From the sequence record NC_052652.1: 64,000 bases of DNA; one strand, written 5' to 3'. The DNA is from Escherichia phage vB_EcoM_PHB05. Under the pieces are notes generated by a model, which saw only the letters and a list, made by a program, of their open reading frames with translations, was not told the origin of the DNA and searched no databases. Positions 1 through 10,339 of this stretch are shown here, one piece after another. Positions within the stretch are counted from its first letter, which is position 1. Each line of letters starts with the position of its first letter. The position numbers were made by a program, and so were the translations under genes.

Positions 1-321
1 GAAACAAACAATACTCCTGCACGTCCGTTTTTAACGGATGGTGCAGTCCACGCCAGCAAAGAAATACCTAAACATTTTGATGAAGTGTTTAGAGATTATT
101 TACTTCGTGGAAGGGGTTTAGCTGCCTTTGAACCTATTGCAAAAGTTTCACGAGAATCTATTGCTAAAGCGATTGCTCTGCAACGTTATAGACCACTATC
201 TCCTGTGACTATTAAAATCCGTAGAGATAAAGGTAACTACTCTTCTCATATTCTTATTGATACTGGACACTTAATTAACAGTATTGAATCAGAAATCAAG
301 AAGGGTCGTTCTAAAAAATAA
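1..321 (+). CDS. Virion morphogenesis/structural protein, C-terminal part (5' end lies upstream of window)
   Basis: Frame of ORF 85..321 is open back to nt 1 with no stop; sits immediately upstream of tail module. Confidence 0.35.
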   Translation, partial: ETNNTPARPFLTDGAVHASKEIPKHFDEVFRDYLLRGRGLAAFEPIAKVSRESIAKAIALQRYRPLSPVTIKIRRDKGNYSSHILIDTGHLINSIESEIKKGRSKK

Positions 322-365
322 CTTGCAATAAGTCTGTTTTTGATGTATACTAAAAAGGAGATACA

Positions 366-782
366 ATGCTATTAGACCAATTTACTCTCCTTGATCTTAC
401 AACGTATCAGGGTCGTAAAAGAACCTATGTTCAAGATCCTGATTCGCCAATTTCCAATATGGGTAATACAGTAGCATACGAAGACTTTACAATAGAGGCT
501 GCAAGTTTGCAACCAATATCAGGTAGAACACTTCAAGCACTGCCAGAAGGATACAGATCTAAGGCACAATATAGCTTCTGGACAAAAACAGAAATCAGAG
601 GCATTCAGCAAGGATCAGATCAATTATCTGACCAAATACTAATAGATGGACAATGGTTTTCCATTTATTCTTTGAAAGACTGGACAAGAACATCTTTCTT
701 AATACACACACATTGTGTTGCTATTCTAGATGACCAGAATAACACCTATTCTTATTCTGAGGAGGGTGGTAATTTTGGCTAA
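366..782 (+). CDS. Hypothetical virion protein
   Basis: 138-aa ORF in structural operon; AAAGGAG-like RBS upstream of ATG at 366. Confidence 0.4.
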   Translation: MLLDQFTLLDLTTYQGRKRTYVQDPDSPISNMGNTVAYEDFTIEAASLQPISGRTLQALPEGYRSKAQYSFWTKTEIRGIQQGSDQLSDQILIDGQWFSIYSLKDWTRTSFLIHTHCVAILDDQNNTYSYSEEGGNFG

Positions 783-1431
783 TATCTACGAACAAATTGA
801 ATTGTATGAAAATACGATATTATTAAATGTCGCTAAGTTCTTACAAAGACTCGTGGGGCTTCCGGTTTATGTTATGGATAAGCCATTTGTTAAACCAACA
901 ACCCCATATCTGACATTACGTATTGTATCATCTGATGATTCAGGTGGTTGGTCACAAAAATATTCTTTTAGTGAAGATGCGTTTTCATATCTAATGGACA
1001 ATAAGTATGAAATAGAACTTATGGCTTTTAGAGGAAGACCAATGACACTTTTAAGTTATGTTCTTGCGGCACTTCGTGGTGCAGATGAATTAAAATACCA
1101 GTATCTTTATTCCAAAGGTATTAGCTTTCTATCTGCAACAAATGTTGCACAAGCTAACACTGTTCTGGATGGAGATAAAACTGAACAAAGAGCGAGAATA
1201 TTTCTTACATTCAATACTACGATGGTTATTGAGGATTTAGTAACTACCGAAATTGAAGCAATTAATATGAACATTCATTCGTTCAGAGATGATTACGATG
1301 ATCCTACTCCAATAGATCTTCCTTTGGACAAGATTTACATTGTTGCTCACAGAAGTAAAACTTATTACTTTACGACGACTGATGATGGATCATTAATTAA
1401 GTATATCCCAACGGATAATTCATTGGAATAA
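775..1431 (+). CDS. Hypothetical virion protein (neck or tail-completion candidate)
   Basis: ORF 730..1431; start moved to in-frame TTG at 775 (GTG at 766 also possible) preceded by GAGGAGG, removing overlap with upstream gene. Confidence 0.4.
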   Translation: MANIYEQIELYENTILLNVAKFLQRLVGLPVYVMDKPFVKPTTPYLTLRIVSSDDSGGWSQKYSFSEDAFSYLMDNKYEIELMAFRGRPMTLLSYVLAALRGADELKYQYLYSKGISFLSATNVAQANTVLDGDKTEQRARIFLTFNTTMVIEDLVTTEIEAINMNIHSFRDDYDDPTPIDLPLDKIYIVAHRSKTYYFTTTDDGSLIKYIPTDNSLE

Positions 1432-1451
1432 AGTTTCTAACAGGAGCATAA

Positions 1452-2858
1452 ATGGCAACTTTTCGTGATAAGGTAGTTTCCGTAACCCTTACCTACGGTG
1501 CTACTTCAATTAGTGAAACACAGTTTGATATCCCTCTAATTCTTACAGGGCATAACGTTACTGGCAATCTTGTAGATTATTTCACTTCTTCAGACGCACT
1601 TCTGCAAGCAGGTTTTGGCACTGCCGACCCAGCTTATAAAATGGCAAAACTACTATTTGACGGTCTGTTCGCACCAGAACAAGTTATCGTCGGTAAGCGT
1701 GATGTTTCTAAAACAACTCTAACTCCAGTAGTTGAAGATAGTGCAACTTACGTTATCACTATTAAAGCAAATTCAAAAAGCAAGGACTTCAAGTTTGTTG
1801 CCGATGATACTGCAACTGCTCAAGAGATTGTTGTTGGTTTAACAGAAATGATCAACGCAGACATGGTGTATAAAGAATTCTTCACTGTGTCAAACGATGG
1901 TAGTGTTATCACTGTAACCCCAGTTGCAGGTAAATACGCTACTATGGATAGTTCAGGATTCACAACTAAAGTAGAATATGCAAATGATATCTTAGAAGAT
2001 ATTGCTAAAATTGCAGATTATGAAAACAGTTGGTTCTGGTTACTATCTGATTCTCACGCAGAACAAGATATTATCGATCTAGCAGGTTATGTAGAAGAGC
2101 ACGATAAAGTGTATTTCTTCTCTACCTCGCAACCAGGTGTTCTAACTAAAGAAGAAGATAACATTCTAGAACGCTTAGGTGATATGGGCTACAATAACAC
2201 TTGTATGGCATTGTGGATGACTAACGCTGATACAGTGTTCCCAGAGGCTGCTGTAGTTGGTTCTATCTGCTCTGCAACACCAGGTACTACTACCCTGCAT
2301 GGTAAAACCCTTGTTGGTATCGAGATTGAAAAACTTGGTCAGACAGCAGAAAACTTTATCGTTCAACAGAATGGTAATATTTACCGTAAAGAACACGGTG
2401 TTCTGTTCTACCGTGATGGTTTCATGGTTAGTGGTTTCTATGTTGACTATGTGGTACACGCTCTGTGGTTCAAAGCTCGCGTAGAAGAATCTCTGTTTGC
2501 TCTATTCAAACAGCAATCTATGCTTGGTAGTGGTGTTAGAGCAACTTCTGCTGGTCTTGCTTTGATTCGTCAGGCTGTTACTGCAAACCCAATCCAAGTA
2601 GGTATTAACAATGGTTCTATTGCCAATGAGGTAGTAACTTCAGAGGAAACAGGACTTCTGGTAAGCCTTAAACCTACTATCTATATCCCATCTCGTGCAG
2701 ATATGACTGATGCTCAAATCAATGCACGTTTGGTTGATGGTATGGTTATTGAATACGTATATGCTGGATTCTTCCACTATGTTAAAGTGCAGGTAAACGT
2801 TCTGACGAACCGCACTGCAAATAGCCAGAATTCCAATAGCTCTACTGTATCTTCATAA
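1452..2858 (+). CDS. Tail sheath protein (putative)
   Basis: 468 aa; position directly before 159-aa tube-like gene, chaperone and tape measure, the canonical contractile-tail order. Confidence 0.5.
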   Translation: MATFRDKVVSVTLTYGATSISETQFDIPLILTGHNVTGNLVDYFTSSDALLQAGFGTADPAYKMAKLLFDGLFAPEQVIVGKRDVSKTTLTPVVEDSATYVITIKANSKSKDFKFVADDTATAQEIVVGLTEMINADMVYKEFFTVSNDGSVITVTPVAGKYATMDSSGFTTKVEYANDILEDIAKIADYENSWFWLLSDSHAEQDIIDLAGYVEEHDKVYFFSTSQPGVLTKEEDNILERLGDMGYNNTCMALWMTNADTVFPEAAVVGSICSATPGTTTLHGKTLVGIEIEKLGQTAENFIVQQNGNIYRKEHGVLFYRDGFMVSGFYVDYVVHALWFKARVEESLFALFKQQSMLGSGVRATSAGLALIRQAVTANPIQVGINNGSIANEVVTSEETGLLVSLKPTIYIPSRADMTDAQINARLVDGMVIEYVYAGFFHYVKVQVNVLTNRTANSQNSNSSTVSS

Positions 2859-2866
2859 TTAAAAGC

Positions 2867-2884
2867 AGCGGGGGCAACCCCGCT
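2867..2884 (+). terminator. GC-rich stem-loop after sheath gene (agcgggg-N4-ccccgct)
   Basis: Perfect 7-bp inverted repeat just after stop at 2858; weak T-tract, so possibly an attenuator or RNA-stability element. Confidence 0.3.
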
Positions 2885-2916
2885 TATATGAAAAGTAGTA
2901 TAAAAGGAGATCCACT

Positions 2917-3396
2917 TTGGATAAAATGCTTACTGGCGTAATGGCCTATGATCCTTCTCAAGTAATCCTGTCTTTGGGTGGTTGGGAACCTTGGGGTTTC
3001 GCCGCAGATACCAAAATTGTTATTAACAAAACTAACGATATCATCAACCCATATTCAGGTACTGATGGTGACGTTTCCTTGGCGCTTAGTCGTAACCGTT
3101 TAGGTACGCTAACAATGTCACTGCAACGTACTTCCCCAGCAAACGAAGTTCTTGCTGCTTATGCACAAACGATGTATTCTACTCGTCAAGTAGCATTTAG
3201 CGTATATCTAGAAGACCCTCGCGGATATTATATCAGCACAATTGGTTGGATTCAAAGCCAACCGGACGATACTATTGGTGAAACTATTCAAGAAAACCAA
3301 TGGGTGATCGGTCTTAAAGATGCAAGCCTACTTCGTTCTACTGTAGGTGTTGGTGTTAACGCACTTAACTCTATTAGTGCTCTAACTATTCAGTAA
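2917..3396 (+). CDS. Tail tube protein (putative)
   Basis: 159 aa, immediately downstream of sheath candidate; AAGGAG RBS; TTG start. Confidence 0.45.
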   Translation: MDKMLTGVMAYDPSQVILSLGGWEPWGFAADTKIVINKTNDIINPYSGTDGDVSLALSRNRLGTLTMSLQRTSPANEVLAAYAQTMYSTRQVAFSVYLEDPRGYYISTIGWIQSQPDDTIGETIQENQWVIGLKDASLLRSTVGVGVNALNSISALTIQ

Positions 3397-3400
3397 TAAA

Positions 3401-3427
3401 AAGGGCAGAAATGCCCTTTATTTTTAA
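3401..3427 (+). terminator. Rho-independent terminator
   Basis: aagggca-gaaa-tgccctt hairpin followed by T-tract. Confidence 0.5.
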
Positions 3428-3441
3428 AGAGAGAGGAAATA

Positions 3442-3924
3442 ATGGAACAACAAAAAGATAATACTATTGCAAAATTTGCTCGTCCAGAAGTAATGGTTGA
3501 AATTGATCTGGATGAAGGACGCAGTGTAAAATTTAGAGTTCTCAAGTGGAGTCCAACTAAAGTTTTTGAAAGGATTCCAGAACTAGGTAGTGTACTGGCT
3601 GTTCCTATGACAATGTATAATACTGCTCTTATGTCAGCAGACGAAGATCTAGAAGCTCGTATTGCTATGGCACTGATCCAATTATTCAGTGGTCTGGAAG
3701 AAAAAAACTTAGCTGCATTCTTACGTAAAATTTTAGATGAAGTTTACACAGAAGCAGGACACAGTGTTTCCGATAATTTTGATGAATTGTTTTTTGCTCA
3801 CCCAGAATTAGTTGTTGACTTAGCTGCAAAAGTTCTTGAGGTGAACTATGCCCCTTTTTTCAAACGAGGTTTCGGAAAACTGTTGACCCAATTTCAAGGA
3901 ATAGAGACTCTAGCGAAGAGTTAA
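3442..3924 (+). CDS. Tail assembly chaperone (putative)
   Basis: 160-aa acidic protein between tube and tape measure genes. Confidence 0.4.
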   Translation: MEQQKDNTIAKFARPEVMVEIDLDEGRSVKFRVLKWSPTKVFERIPELGSVLAVPMTMYNTALMSADEDLEARIAMALIQLFSGLEEKNLAAFLRKILDEVYTEAGHSVSDNFDELFFAHPELVVDLAAKVLEVNYAPFFKRGFGKLLTQFQGIETLAKS

Positions 3925-3971
3925 GTCCGGCAATTAAATCAGCAATTGAAATTGCCTCACAAACCCTTAGC

Positions 3972-4199
3972 TTGACATGGTATGAAGTAATTCTTTGTAA
4001 GGTAATTAAGAATACCTCCGAAACCTTGTCCTCGTTAGATAATTATGGTGTAGATTATCTACTTAAAATTTATGAATATTTAACATTCGAAGACTATGTA
4101 CAAGATCTTCACGTTAAAGATGCGGATATTAAACGTGGTCAACAGAGAACAATAAGAGAACTGGATACGGCTATGAAAAAATTAATTCCAGATTCATAA
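3972..4199 (+). CDS. Hypothetical protein; possible frameshift-accessed chaperone extension
   Basis: 75-aa ORF in a different frame directly before tape measure gene. Confidence 0.3.
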   Translation: MTWYEVILCKVIKNTSETLSSLDNYGVDYLLKIYEYLTFEDYVQDLHVKDADIKRGQQRTIRELDTAMKKLIPDS

Positions 4200-4218
4200 G
4201 TAATACGGAGGATTACCC

Positions 4219-6201
4219 TTGTTAGAAATTAACACTTCCAAGATTAAGAATACAGTAACGTTTACTGTAGATAAAGACAGTTTAAAAAATACTAAAGACG
4301 CAATTAAAAACCTTAAAACTTTTACAGAATCTATTGAACCATCTTTAAATATGACTAAAATGCGTCGTCAGTTTAAAAGTATGGAAGAGTATGCTAAAAG
4401 AATAAGGCAGCAAATGTCAGGTCTTGGCGGCGGTAATCCTCCACCAATCCCACCAACCGGAGGTTCAAGGGGCGGTGGTGGAAAAGGAGGAAGTGGTAGA
4501 GGTGGTTCTGGATCTTCTGGAGGACGTAAAACACCAGAGGAAAGAGCCGCAGAAGCCGCCGCTAAACGTGCAGCACTTGCTAATATGAAGCAAGACGATT
4601 TTAGTTTTAAAGCTATGCCTTTTACAAAAGCAGACAGCAGAATTCTAGAAAAATCTAAAAAGATTGTAGAAGAAACTGTTGAACTTTATCGTAAAGGCGT
4701 GATCACTAGCCAACAAATGAATAATACTTTGGCTAGACAGTTAGAAGAACTACGCAGATCTCATAAAGAGAAGAATGCACAGCTTCTTGATGAAGAGAGA
4801 GCTAGACGTAGAATTGCCCGTCTGCAAGAAGCAGAAGATAAAAGAAGACAGCGTATCCGAGAAAGAGAAAGAAAGGATTTCGAACGTCAGCAAAGAAGAG
4901 AGAAAGAAGCAAGACAACGCGACAGACAACGTAAGCTATCTGGTGTAGGTAATGCTGCCATTGCTCTTAACCCTGCTATGTTCGGTGCTGCTCTTTTAGG
5001 TGCTGGTTTATATCAAGGTATAAGTAAAATTGCCGAAAGTATTACTGCATCGGCAGAGCGTGTTAATATGGTTAGTAGAGGTGGTCAGAACGTACAGGTA
5101 AACCCTAACGCAATCTTAACAATGCGTACTTGGGGTGAAATGAACGGTGTAGACTCTGCTAGTATTATTAAAGCTATTGATAACCTTAAAGACGTTCGTG
5201 AACGTTTAGGTAACACTGTACTCCACTCTGAATTTGATGAAAAATCAGGTAAATGGAAAGGTGGAGATAGTGGTATTAATGAAATCATGAACAAATTTGG
5301 TTGGTCGAAGGAAGATGTTGCTAAATTCCAGAACAGACCTTTAGACTTTGTTCAAGCACTTGTTAATGAAGGTCAAAAAAGAGGAATGAACTCTGCGCAA
5401 ATTGGTCGTCTGATGGAAAACCTTGGTGATGACTTAATGCACTACCAACGTATGTTTTTGGACAATGGTAAAGAGTTTATGGAAGTCCTGAGAATGTTAA
5501 GTAATTCAGGTGCAACTCTTAACGATGAAAACATCAAAGCAGCACAAGATTTTGTTAAACTAAGAGCAGAAATTAGTGCAGCAGGAGAAGGTTTTACCAA
5601 TAACTTACTTGTAGGTTTTATGGATGGTTTAAAATCTGCACCAGATTTTGCAGAGAATATGAAAACTTTCCAAGAGGCTGCTCGTGGTCTTGGTGAAATG
5701 TCTGGTAGTATTGTAAGTAGCCTTGCAAAAATTGCAAAATATTTCCTTGATTTTTCAAATAAGGTTGGGCCAAAAAACAATACTAAAGAAGCTGTAAGAG
5801 ATTATTATAATGGTACGCAGTATGGGTACGATGCACAGGTTGGTGGTAATCCTTGGGCTTATTGGCCTATTGGAAGAGATCAACATAAACCTGAAAATCA
5901 ACCTTTAGGTGACTTTGATAGTAGTTTCTTAACTAGCGCCTTAAATCCAAGTGCTTCTAGTATTGGTTACAACAGACCTGATTTAACAGCATCTATGCTA
6001 ACACCACGCCAAGGTGTTCCAATACCGTTAAATCTACAGAATACGGTTGTTATCCCAGACAACGCATTCCAGATTAATGTTATTCCAGATGGTTATGGTT
6101 TTAGTAATTATCTAGATGCAACAATGAATACCAGTTTTAGTAACTTCTCACAAGGTTTAACTCTTCAGTTAAGCAGTGGACAATCTTCTACTGGTGGTTA
6201 A
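4219..6201 (+). CDS. Tail tape measure protein
   Basis: 660 aa; Gly-rich low-complexity stretch, Arg/Glu-rich coiled coil (ERARRRIARLQEAEDKRRQRIRERERK), hydrophobic segment; position after chaperone. Confidence 0.65.
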   Translation: MLEINTSKIKNTVTFTVDKDSLKNTKDAIKNLKTFTESIEPSLNMTKMRRQFKSMEEYAKRIRQQMSGLGGGNPPPIPPTGGSRGGGGKGGSGRGGSGSSGGRKTPEERAAEAAAKRAALANMKQDDFSFKAMPFTKADSRILEKSKKIVEETVELYRKGVITSQQMNNTLARQLEELRRSHKEKNAQLLDEERARRRIARLQEAEDKRRQRIRERERKDFERQQRREKEARQRDRQRKLSGVGNAAIALNPAMFGAALLGAGLYQGISKIAESITASAERVNMVSRGGQNVQVNPNAILTMRTWGEMNGVDSASIIKAIDNLKDVRERLGNTVLHSEFDEKSGKWKGGDSGINEIMNKFGWSKEDVAKFQNRPLDFVQALVNEGQKRGMNSAQIGRLMENLGDDLMHYQRMFLDNGKEFMEVLRMLSNSGATLNDENIKAAQDFVKLRAEISAAGEGFTNNLLVGFMDGLKSAPDFAENMKTFQEAARGLGEMSGSIVSSLAKIAKYFLDFSNKVGPKNNTKEAVRDYYNGTQYGYDAQVGGNPWAYWPIGRDQHKPENQPLGDFDSSFLTSALNPSASSIGYNRPDLTASMLTPRQGVPIPLNLQNTVVIPDNAFQINVIPDGYGFSNYLDATMNTSFSNFSQGLTLQLSSGQSSTGG

Positions 6202-6207
6202 TGGATA

Positions 6208-6236
6208 AAGCCTCGCTTCGGCGGGGCTTTTTATTT
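6208..6236 (+). terminator. Rho-independent terminator
   Basis: agcctcgc-ttcg-gcggggct hairpin followed by TTTTTATTT. Confidence 0.5.
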
Positions 6237-6239
6237 GTC

Positions 6240-6269
6240 TTGACAAAGAGTTGTTTTTCGTGATAAAAT
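6240..6269 (+). promoter_or_regulatory. Sigma70-like promoter (TTGACA, about 18-nt spacer, TAAAAT)
   Basis: TTGACA at 6240-6245 and TAAAAT at about 6264-6269, directly downstream of terminator and upstream of ORF 6317. Confidence 0.4.
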
Positions 6270-6316
6270 GAGTGATAAGGGAGAATGTTTCTTATCACAT
6301 TAAGAGGTAAAATTAT

Positions 6317-7033
6317 ATGGCAGCAAACACTCCAGAACAACACGTTCAAGCGGTTTATAAAGCGGAACAAGATATAAATTCTACAAAAAACACAAATAAC
6401 TCTGCCTCTACTGTGAAAGGGGAGAATGGTTTTTGTATTTTAGCAAGTGTTTACAATAGTGCAAGTGATCAATATATTCAAAACTACCAAGCTATAGTTT
6501 TTGATGCTGTGCCAAATATCGGTGTAAAACGCCAAGCAGATGTTACTAGCTATCCTGTAGAAAATGGTGCTAATGTGTCGGATCACGTTCAAGTTAAAAA
6601 TAATACTTTCTCTTTATCCGGGATGATTACAGAGACACCTGTAAGATTGATGCGGGATATGTTATATAGTGCTGGTGTTAACGGTACTCGTATCAGTCAA
6701 GCAATTACTTACTTAGATAAAATATTTGATGAAAGACAGCCTATCATTTTAATAACAGAACATAAGGTGTATGAGAATGTTATTTTGAAAGGCATATCAT
6801 ATGAATATCAAACAGAGTATGCAATGCAATTTGACTTGGAATTTGAACAAGTAAGATTAGTTTCTTACGGAGAAACCAACGCTATTGCACTTAAGACTCA
6901 ACCAAATAAAAACACAGGTGTTAAGAACAAAACAAACGCAACAGGTAGCAAACCAGATGCTGATTTGAACAAACGAGCAGGACAAGCAACAGGCACTGAA
7001 CATTTAAGTAATGACAGTCCAGACGGTAAGTAA
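6317..7033 (+). CDS. Hypothetical tail/baseplate protein
   Basis: 238-aa ORF with GAGG RBS; position after tape measure. Confidence 0.4.
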   Translation: MAANTPEQHVQAVYKAEQDINSTKNTNNSASTVKGENGFCILASVYNSASDQYIQNYQAIVFDAVPNIGVKRQADVTSYPVENGANVSDHVQVKNNTFSLSGMITETPVRLMRDMLYSAGVNGTRISQAITYLDKIFDERQPIILITEHKVYENVILKGISYEYQTEYAMQFDLEFEQVRLVSYGETNAIALKTQPNKNTGVKNKTNATGSKPDADLNKRAGQATGTEHLSNDSPDGK

Positions 7034-7047
7034 TAAGGAGTAATATT

Positions 7048-7467
7048 TTGGCTATTTCATCTTATTCAAGAGTAAGTAGAAGCACTTCAAACAGCGGATA
7101 TAACGCGGTATTTATTGATCAAAAGTTAGGTTATTCTTCTTGGTACTTACCTACAGAACAGTACCCAGATCAAACATATACAGTAACTCTCGATGGAGTA
7201 GATTATGACATACGTTTGAGATGGAATACAAGAGATCAAGCGTGGCAAATGCAATTAGGATTATCAGGAGACAATCCTAGTGTAACTTTTAAAGTAACCA
7301 ATGGTTTAGATCTTCTAGAACCATATAAGTATATAGAATCTGTGCCGGATGGTCAACTTTATTTGGTAGATACTGTTAAAATAAACGGTAGACCTAATTA
7401 CTATGACACAGGTGTAGATAAAAGATTTGCTTTGGTTTATATCGACGCTCTTCCATATCAAGCATGA
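7048..7467 (+). CDS. Hypothetical tail/baseplate protein
   Basis: 139-aa ORF, AAGGAG RBS. Confidence 0.4.
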   Translation: MAISSYSRVSRSTSNSGYNAVFIDQKLGYSSWYLPTEQYPDQTYTVTLDGVDYDIRLRWNTRDQAWQMQLGLSGDNPSVTFKVTNGLDLLEPYKYIESVPDGQLYLVDTVKINGRPNYYDTGVDKRFALVYIDALPYQA

Positions 7468-7483
7468 TAAAAGGAGTTTTTAA

Positions 7484-8494
7484 ATGGCAGAAGAAAGAAA
7501 TTACACAAAAGCTCCTGCACCCAATCTAAACAGAGCATACAAACTGTTAATAGGTACAGCTACTAATACTAAAGAAAAAAGGACAAAAAATTCCTCTTTC
7601 AAATCTACAGTAGACTTAGATACTAAACTAGGGGATGCTAAAAAATCAACCCCTAATTTGTATGTTATTACGGAGCACCAAATATCTTTCACAATAAGAA
7701 AAGATAATAATAAAGATCCTAATCAAGCCGAGATAACTATTTATAACCTAAGTGATGATACTGTTAATTATATTAACAAAGGTATTCGTAACAACTTGGC
7801 TGTTGCTTTGGCAGTAGGTTATGAAGGTCAAGAGTTAATTATGATCTTTAAGGGAACGGTGCAGTGGGTGAGTGATACCTTTAACAATACAGACAGACGT
7901 ACAGTGTTACATTGTCTGGATGGTGGTATTAACATCTCCGAAGCAAGGACAAGCAGAAGTTATCCGAAAGGTACAAAAGTAAGTAAGGTTGTTAAAGATT
8001 TAGTTAAAGATTTAGGTACTACAGAAGGTAATATTCACGTAGATACAGAGAAAACTTTATCATCTGCAACAGCTATGTGTGGGAACACATCACATTACTT
8101 AGAAAGTATCTGTAAAGGTATTGATCATAATGTGTCAATACAAGACGGATCTGTTTACGTGACACCAAGATCACAAATGTCTAGTGCAAGATGTGCATAT
8201 ATTAGCGCAGAAACAGGTTTAATTGGTAGTCCAGAACCTTTCCACAATGATATTAAACCGACACAAAAAGTAACCAAATCTTCTAAGAAAGCTAAAAAGC
8301 CTACAGATGGTGTTAAGTTCAGATGTGAAATGAACGGTGCTATCTTACCAGAAAAAACTGTTTGGCTCAAGAGCCATAACTACGATGGTGGTTTTAAGGT
8401 GGTGTCTGTTGTTCATACAGGCGATAGGGAAGGTAAAGACTGGACAACTGAAGTAGAGTCTGTATCTGTATCTGCAATTATTAAGAAGGGCTAG
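7484..8494 (+). CDS. Baseplate/tail protein (putative)
   Basis: 336-aa ORF preceding spike-like gene; AAGGAG RBS. Confidence 0.4.
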   Translation: MAEERNYTKAPAPNLNRAYKLLIGTATNTKEKRTKNSSFKSTVDLDTKLGDAKKSTPNLYVITEHQISFTIRKDNNKDPNQAEITIYNLSDDTVNYINKGIRNNLAVALAVGYEGQELIMIFKGTVQWVSDTFNNTDRRTVLHCLDGGINISEARTSRSYPKGTKVSKVVKDLVKDLGTTEGNIHVDTEKTLSSATAMCGNTSHYLESICKGIDHNVSIQDGSVYVTPRSQMSSARCAYISAETGLIGSPEPFHNDIKPTQKVTKSSKKAKKPTDGVKFRCEMNGAILPEKTVWLKSHNYDGGFKVVSVVHTGDREGKDWTTEVESVSVSAIIKKG

Positions 8495-8496
8495 AA

Positions 8497-9234
8497 ATGG
8501 ATGCTTTAAATTTTGTAACAGCAATCCGTGGATTAATCAACGAACAAGTTGCGGAAGTACATACATCTTTACCTGTAAGGGTAATTGGTGTAGATTATGG
8601 ATCTAAGACAGTAACTTTAGAATCTATTGTAAAAAACACCAGATCTACTGAAGATGAAATAGATTACCCAACATTCCACGATGTTCCTTTTATGGTAAAT
8701 GGTGGTGGTACAGGTAGAATTTCATTTCCAATTAAAGCAGGAGATATTGGTGTTGTTGTCTTTTCGGAAAGAGATCCGTCGAATGCTTTCCAGACAGATG
8801 GAGATACAGCCAGCAGCGGAACATTAATTCAACCTTGCGGTTTGTATCCAGCCTGTTTTATTCCTAAGATAGCAACAGCTACAGATTCTTCAGAAGAAGT
8901 AGATTCTGAAAAAGTTGTTATCTCAAATAATAAGCAAACTTACGCTTCGTTTGATCCTAACGGTAATATATCTGTGTACAACACACAAGGTATGAAAATA
9001 GATATGACACCAAACAGTATCGTTCTTACTGATGCAGGAGGAGGAAAACTTACACTGCAAGGTGGGACTATGACATATAAAGGTGGCACTGTAAATTTAA
9101 ACGGTTTAACAATCACACCTGACGGTCGTATGAAAGATAGTGGTGGCATTGGTTTACACACACATACACACCCTGTACGCGGTGTTGAAACTGGTGGTAG
9201 CACTGTTACTTCCGACAAACCAAATGGAGGTTAA
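8497..9234 (+). CDS. Baseplate central spike protein (Gp138_N / gpV-like)
   Basis: N-terminal pattern LPVRVIGVD...GGGTGRISFPIKAGDIGVVVFSERD typical of phage baseplate spike N-domains, followed by Gly-rich beta-rich C-terminus. Confidence 0.5.
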   Translation: MDALNFVTAIRGLINEQVAEVHTSLPVRVIGVDYGSKTVTLESIVKNTRSTEDEIDYPTFHDVPFMVNGGGTGRISFPIKAGDIGVVVFSERDPSNAFQTDGDTASSGTLIQPCGLYPACFIPKIATATDSSEEVDSEKVVISNNKQTYASFDPNGNISVYNTQGMKIDMTPNSIVLTDAGGGKLTLQGGTMTYKGGTVNLNGLTITPDGRMKDSGGIGLHTHTHPVRGVETGGSTVTSDKPNGG

Positions 9235-9237
9235 CAG

Positions 9238-9873
9238 ATGGGAATACCATTTGATTTAAAACTTGATGGTTCTAACGATTTAGTAATGGTGGATGGTGAT
9301 TTAACACTAACCACAACTAAAAGTGAAATTGCAGCACAGACGCTTGGAATAACACTTAGAACTTTCCGTGGAGAATGGTTCCTCAATTCTAATTTTGGGG
9401 TTCCATATCTGCAAGAGATTATTGGTGTTGCCAAGAAGAAAGAGATTGTTGATCGCATTTTCTTATCAACTATCGCAAGTAATGTTTATATAGATAATAT
9501 TAATTCCTACACGTCCTCTTATGATAGAGATGATAGGTATTACTCAATGAACGTTACTGTTACAGTTGGTGAACAAGTTGTTAGTGCGCTGTTCAGTACA
9601 CAGCCGTCTGAAGAATATATTTATCCAGAAGCTGGTGATGATAATGCAGCAATCACTTGTGAAGCATTTGAAATTGTTGAATCTGCAAATAGACTCTATC
9701 GCTTTATTAACATTGTTGGTCTTCCTAAAGATACTTATTCTACTTGGTGGAATGAATGGTCTAACGAGGCATTGCTTGAAAAATACCTTGTTAACGAAGC
9801 CAATAAAGGTCTTGCAACCAATTACAACTATGCTATAACAGCAACAATGGGAGCTACAAATAATAATGGCTGA
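9238..9873 (+). CDS. Baseplate protein (putative)
   Basis: 211-aa ORF directly after spike gene. Confidence 0.35.
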   Translation: MGIPFDLKLDGSNDLVMVDGDLTLTTTKSEIAAQTLGITLRTFRGEWFLNSNFGVPYLQEIIGVAKKKEIVDRIFLSTIASNVYIDNINSYTSSYDRDDRYYSMNVTVTVGEQVVSALFSTQPSEEYIYPEAGDDNAAITCEAFEIVESANRLYRFINIVGLPKDTYSTWWNEWSNEALLEKYLVNEANKGLATNYNYAITATMGATNNNG

Positions 9874-10339
9874 TTTAACTACAATCAAGGTGTCTGATCT
9901 ACCTGTAACAACATCTGTTTCAGACACAGATTATTTTGTAACAGATCAATCAGGTATCACTAAGAAAACATCGTTACGTGTTCTTCTTGCGGGTGCTGGT
10001 GTTACACGAAATCGTCTTTCTGCAAGGGGTACTGTCACAAATACCCTAGCTTTAGATATTAGCACGGCAGAGTATTTCTCTGCCACTTTATCTAGTCCAA
10101 CTTGCAGTATTTCATTTAGTAATGTTCCAGTTACAACTAACATTGTTCAAAACTTTACTCTATCCCTACGTCAAGGAAGTGGAGCAAATAAAGTAACGTG
10201 GCCTCAATCTGTTAAATGGAGTTTTGGTCGCGCTCCTGTTTTGAGTTATAAACAGGGAGCTACAGATATTTTTGAATTTGTTAGTTATGATAATGGAGCT
10301 ACCTGGATAGGTAGTTTAGTGATGGCAGGAGTGATTTAA
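9866..10339 (+). CDS. Tail fiber adaptor-like protein
   Basis: 157 aa; N-terminus (KVSDLPVTTSVSDTDYFVTDQSG) resembles N-terminus of tailspike 15392..17965. Confidence 0.4.
   Translation: MADLTTIKVSDLPVTTSVSDTDYFVTDQSGITKKTSLRVLLAGAGVTRNRLSARGTVTNTLALDISTAEYFSATLSSPTCSISFSNVPVTTNIVQNFTLSLRQGSGANKVTWPQSVKWSFGRAPVLSYKQGATDIFEFVSYDNGATWIGSLVMAGVI

Noticed and set aside
730-774. Long 5' overlaps at first-ATG starts (ORFs starting at 730, 37342, 41247, 52433, 53833 and 30767)
   Set aside because: In each case an internal start with a Shine-Dalgarno-like sequence removes the overlap; the first ATG or TTG of the six-frame track was not accepted.
2175-2459. Antisense ORFs inside large coding genes (for example 2175..2459 minus, 5085..5294 minus, 11643..11966 minus, 26632..26910 minus, 35577..35873 plus, 48044..48319 plus)
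   Set aside because: They lie wholly within longer, motif-supported genes on the opposite strand, lack RBS-like sequences and have odd composition; treated as frame artefacts.
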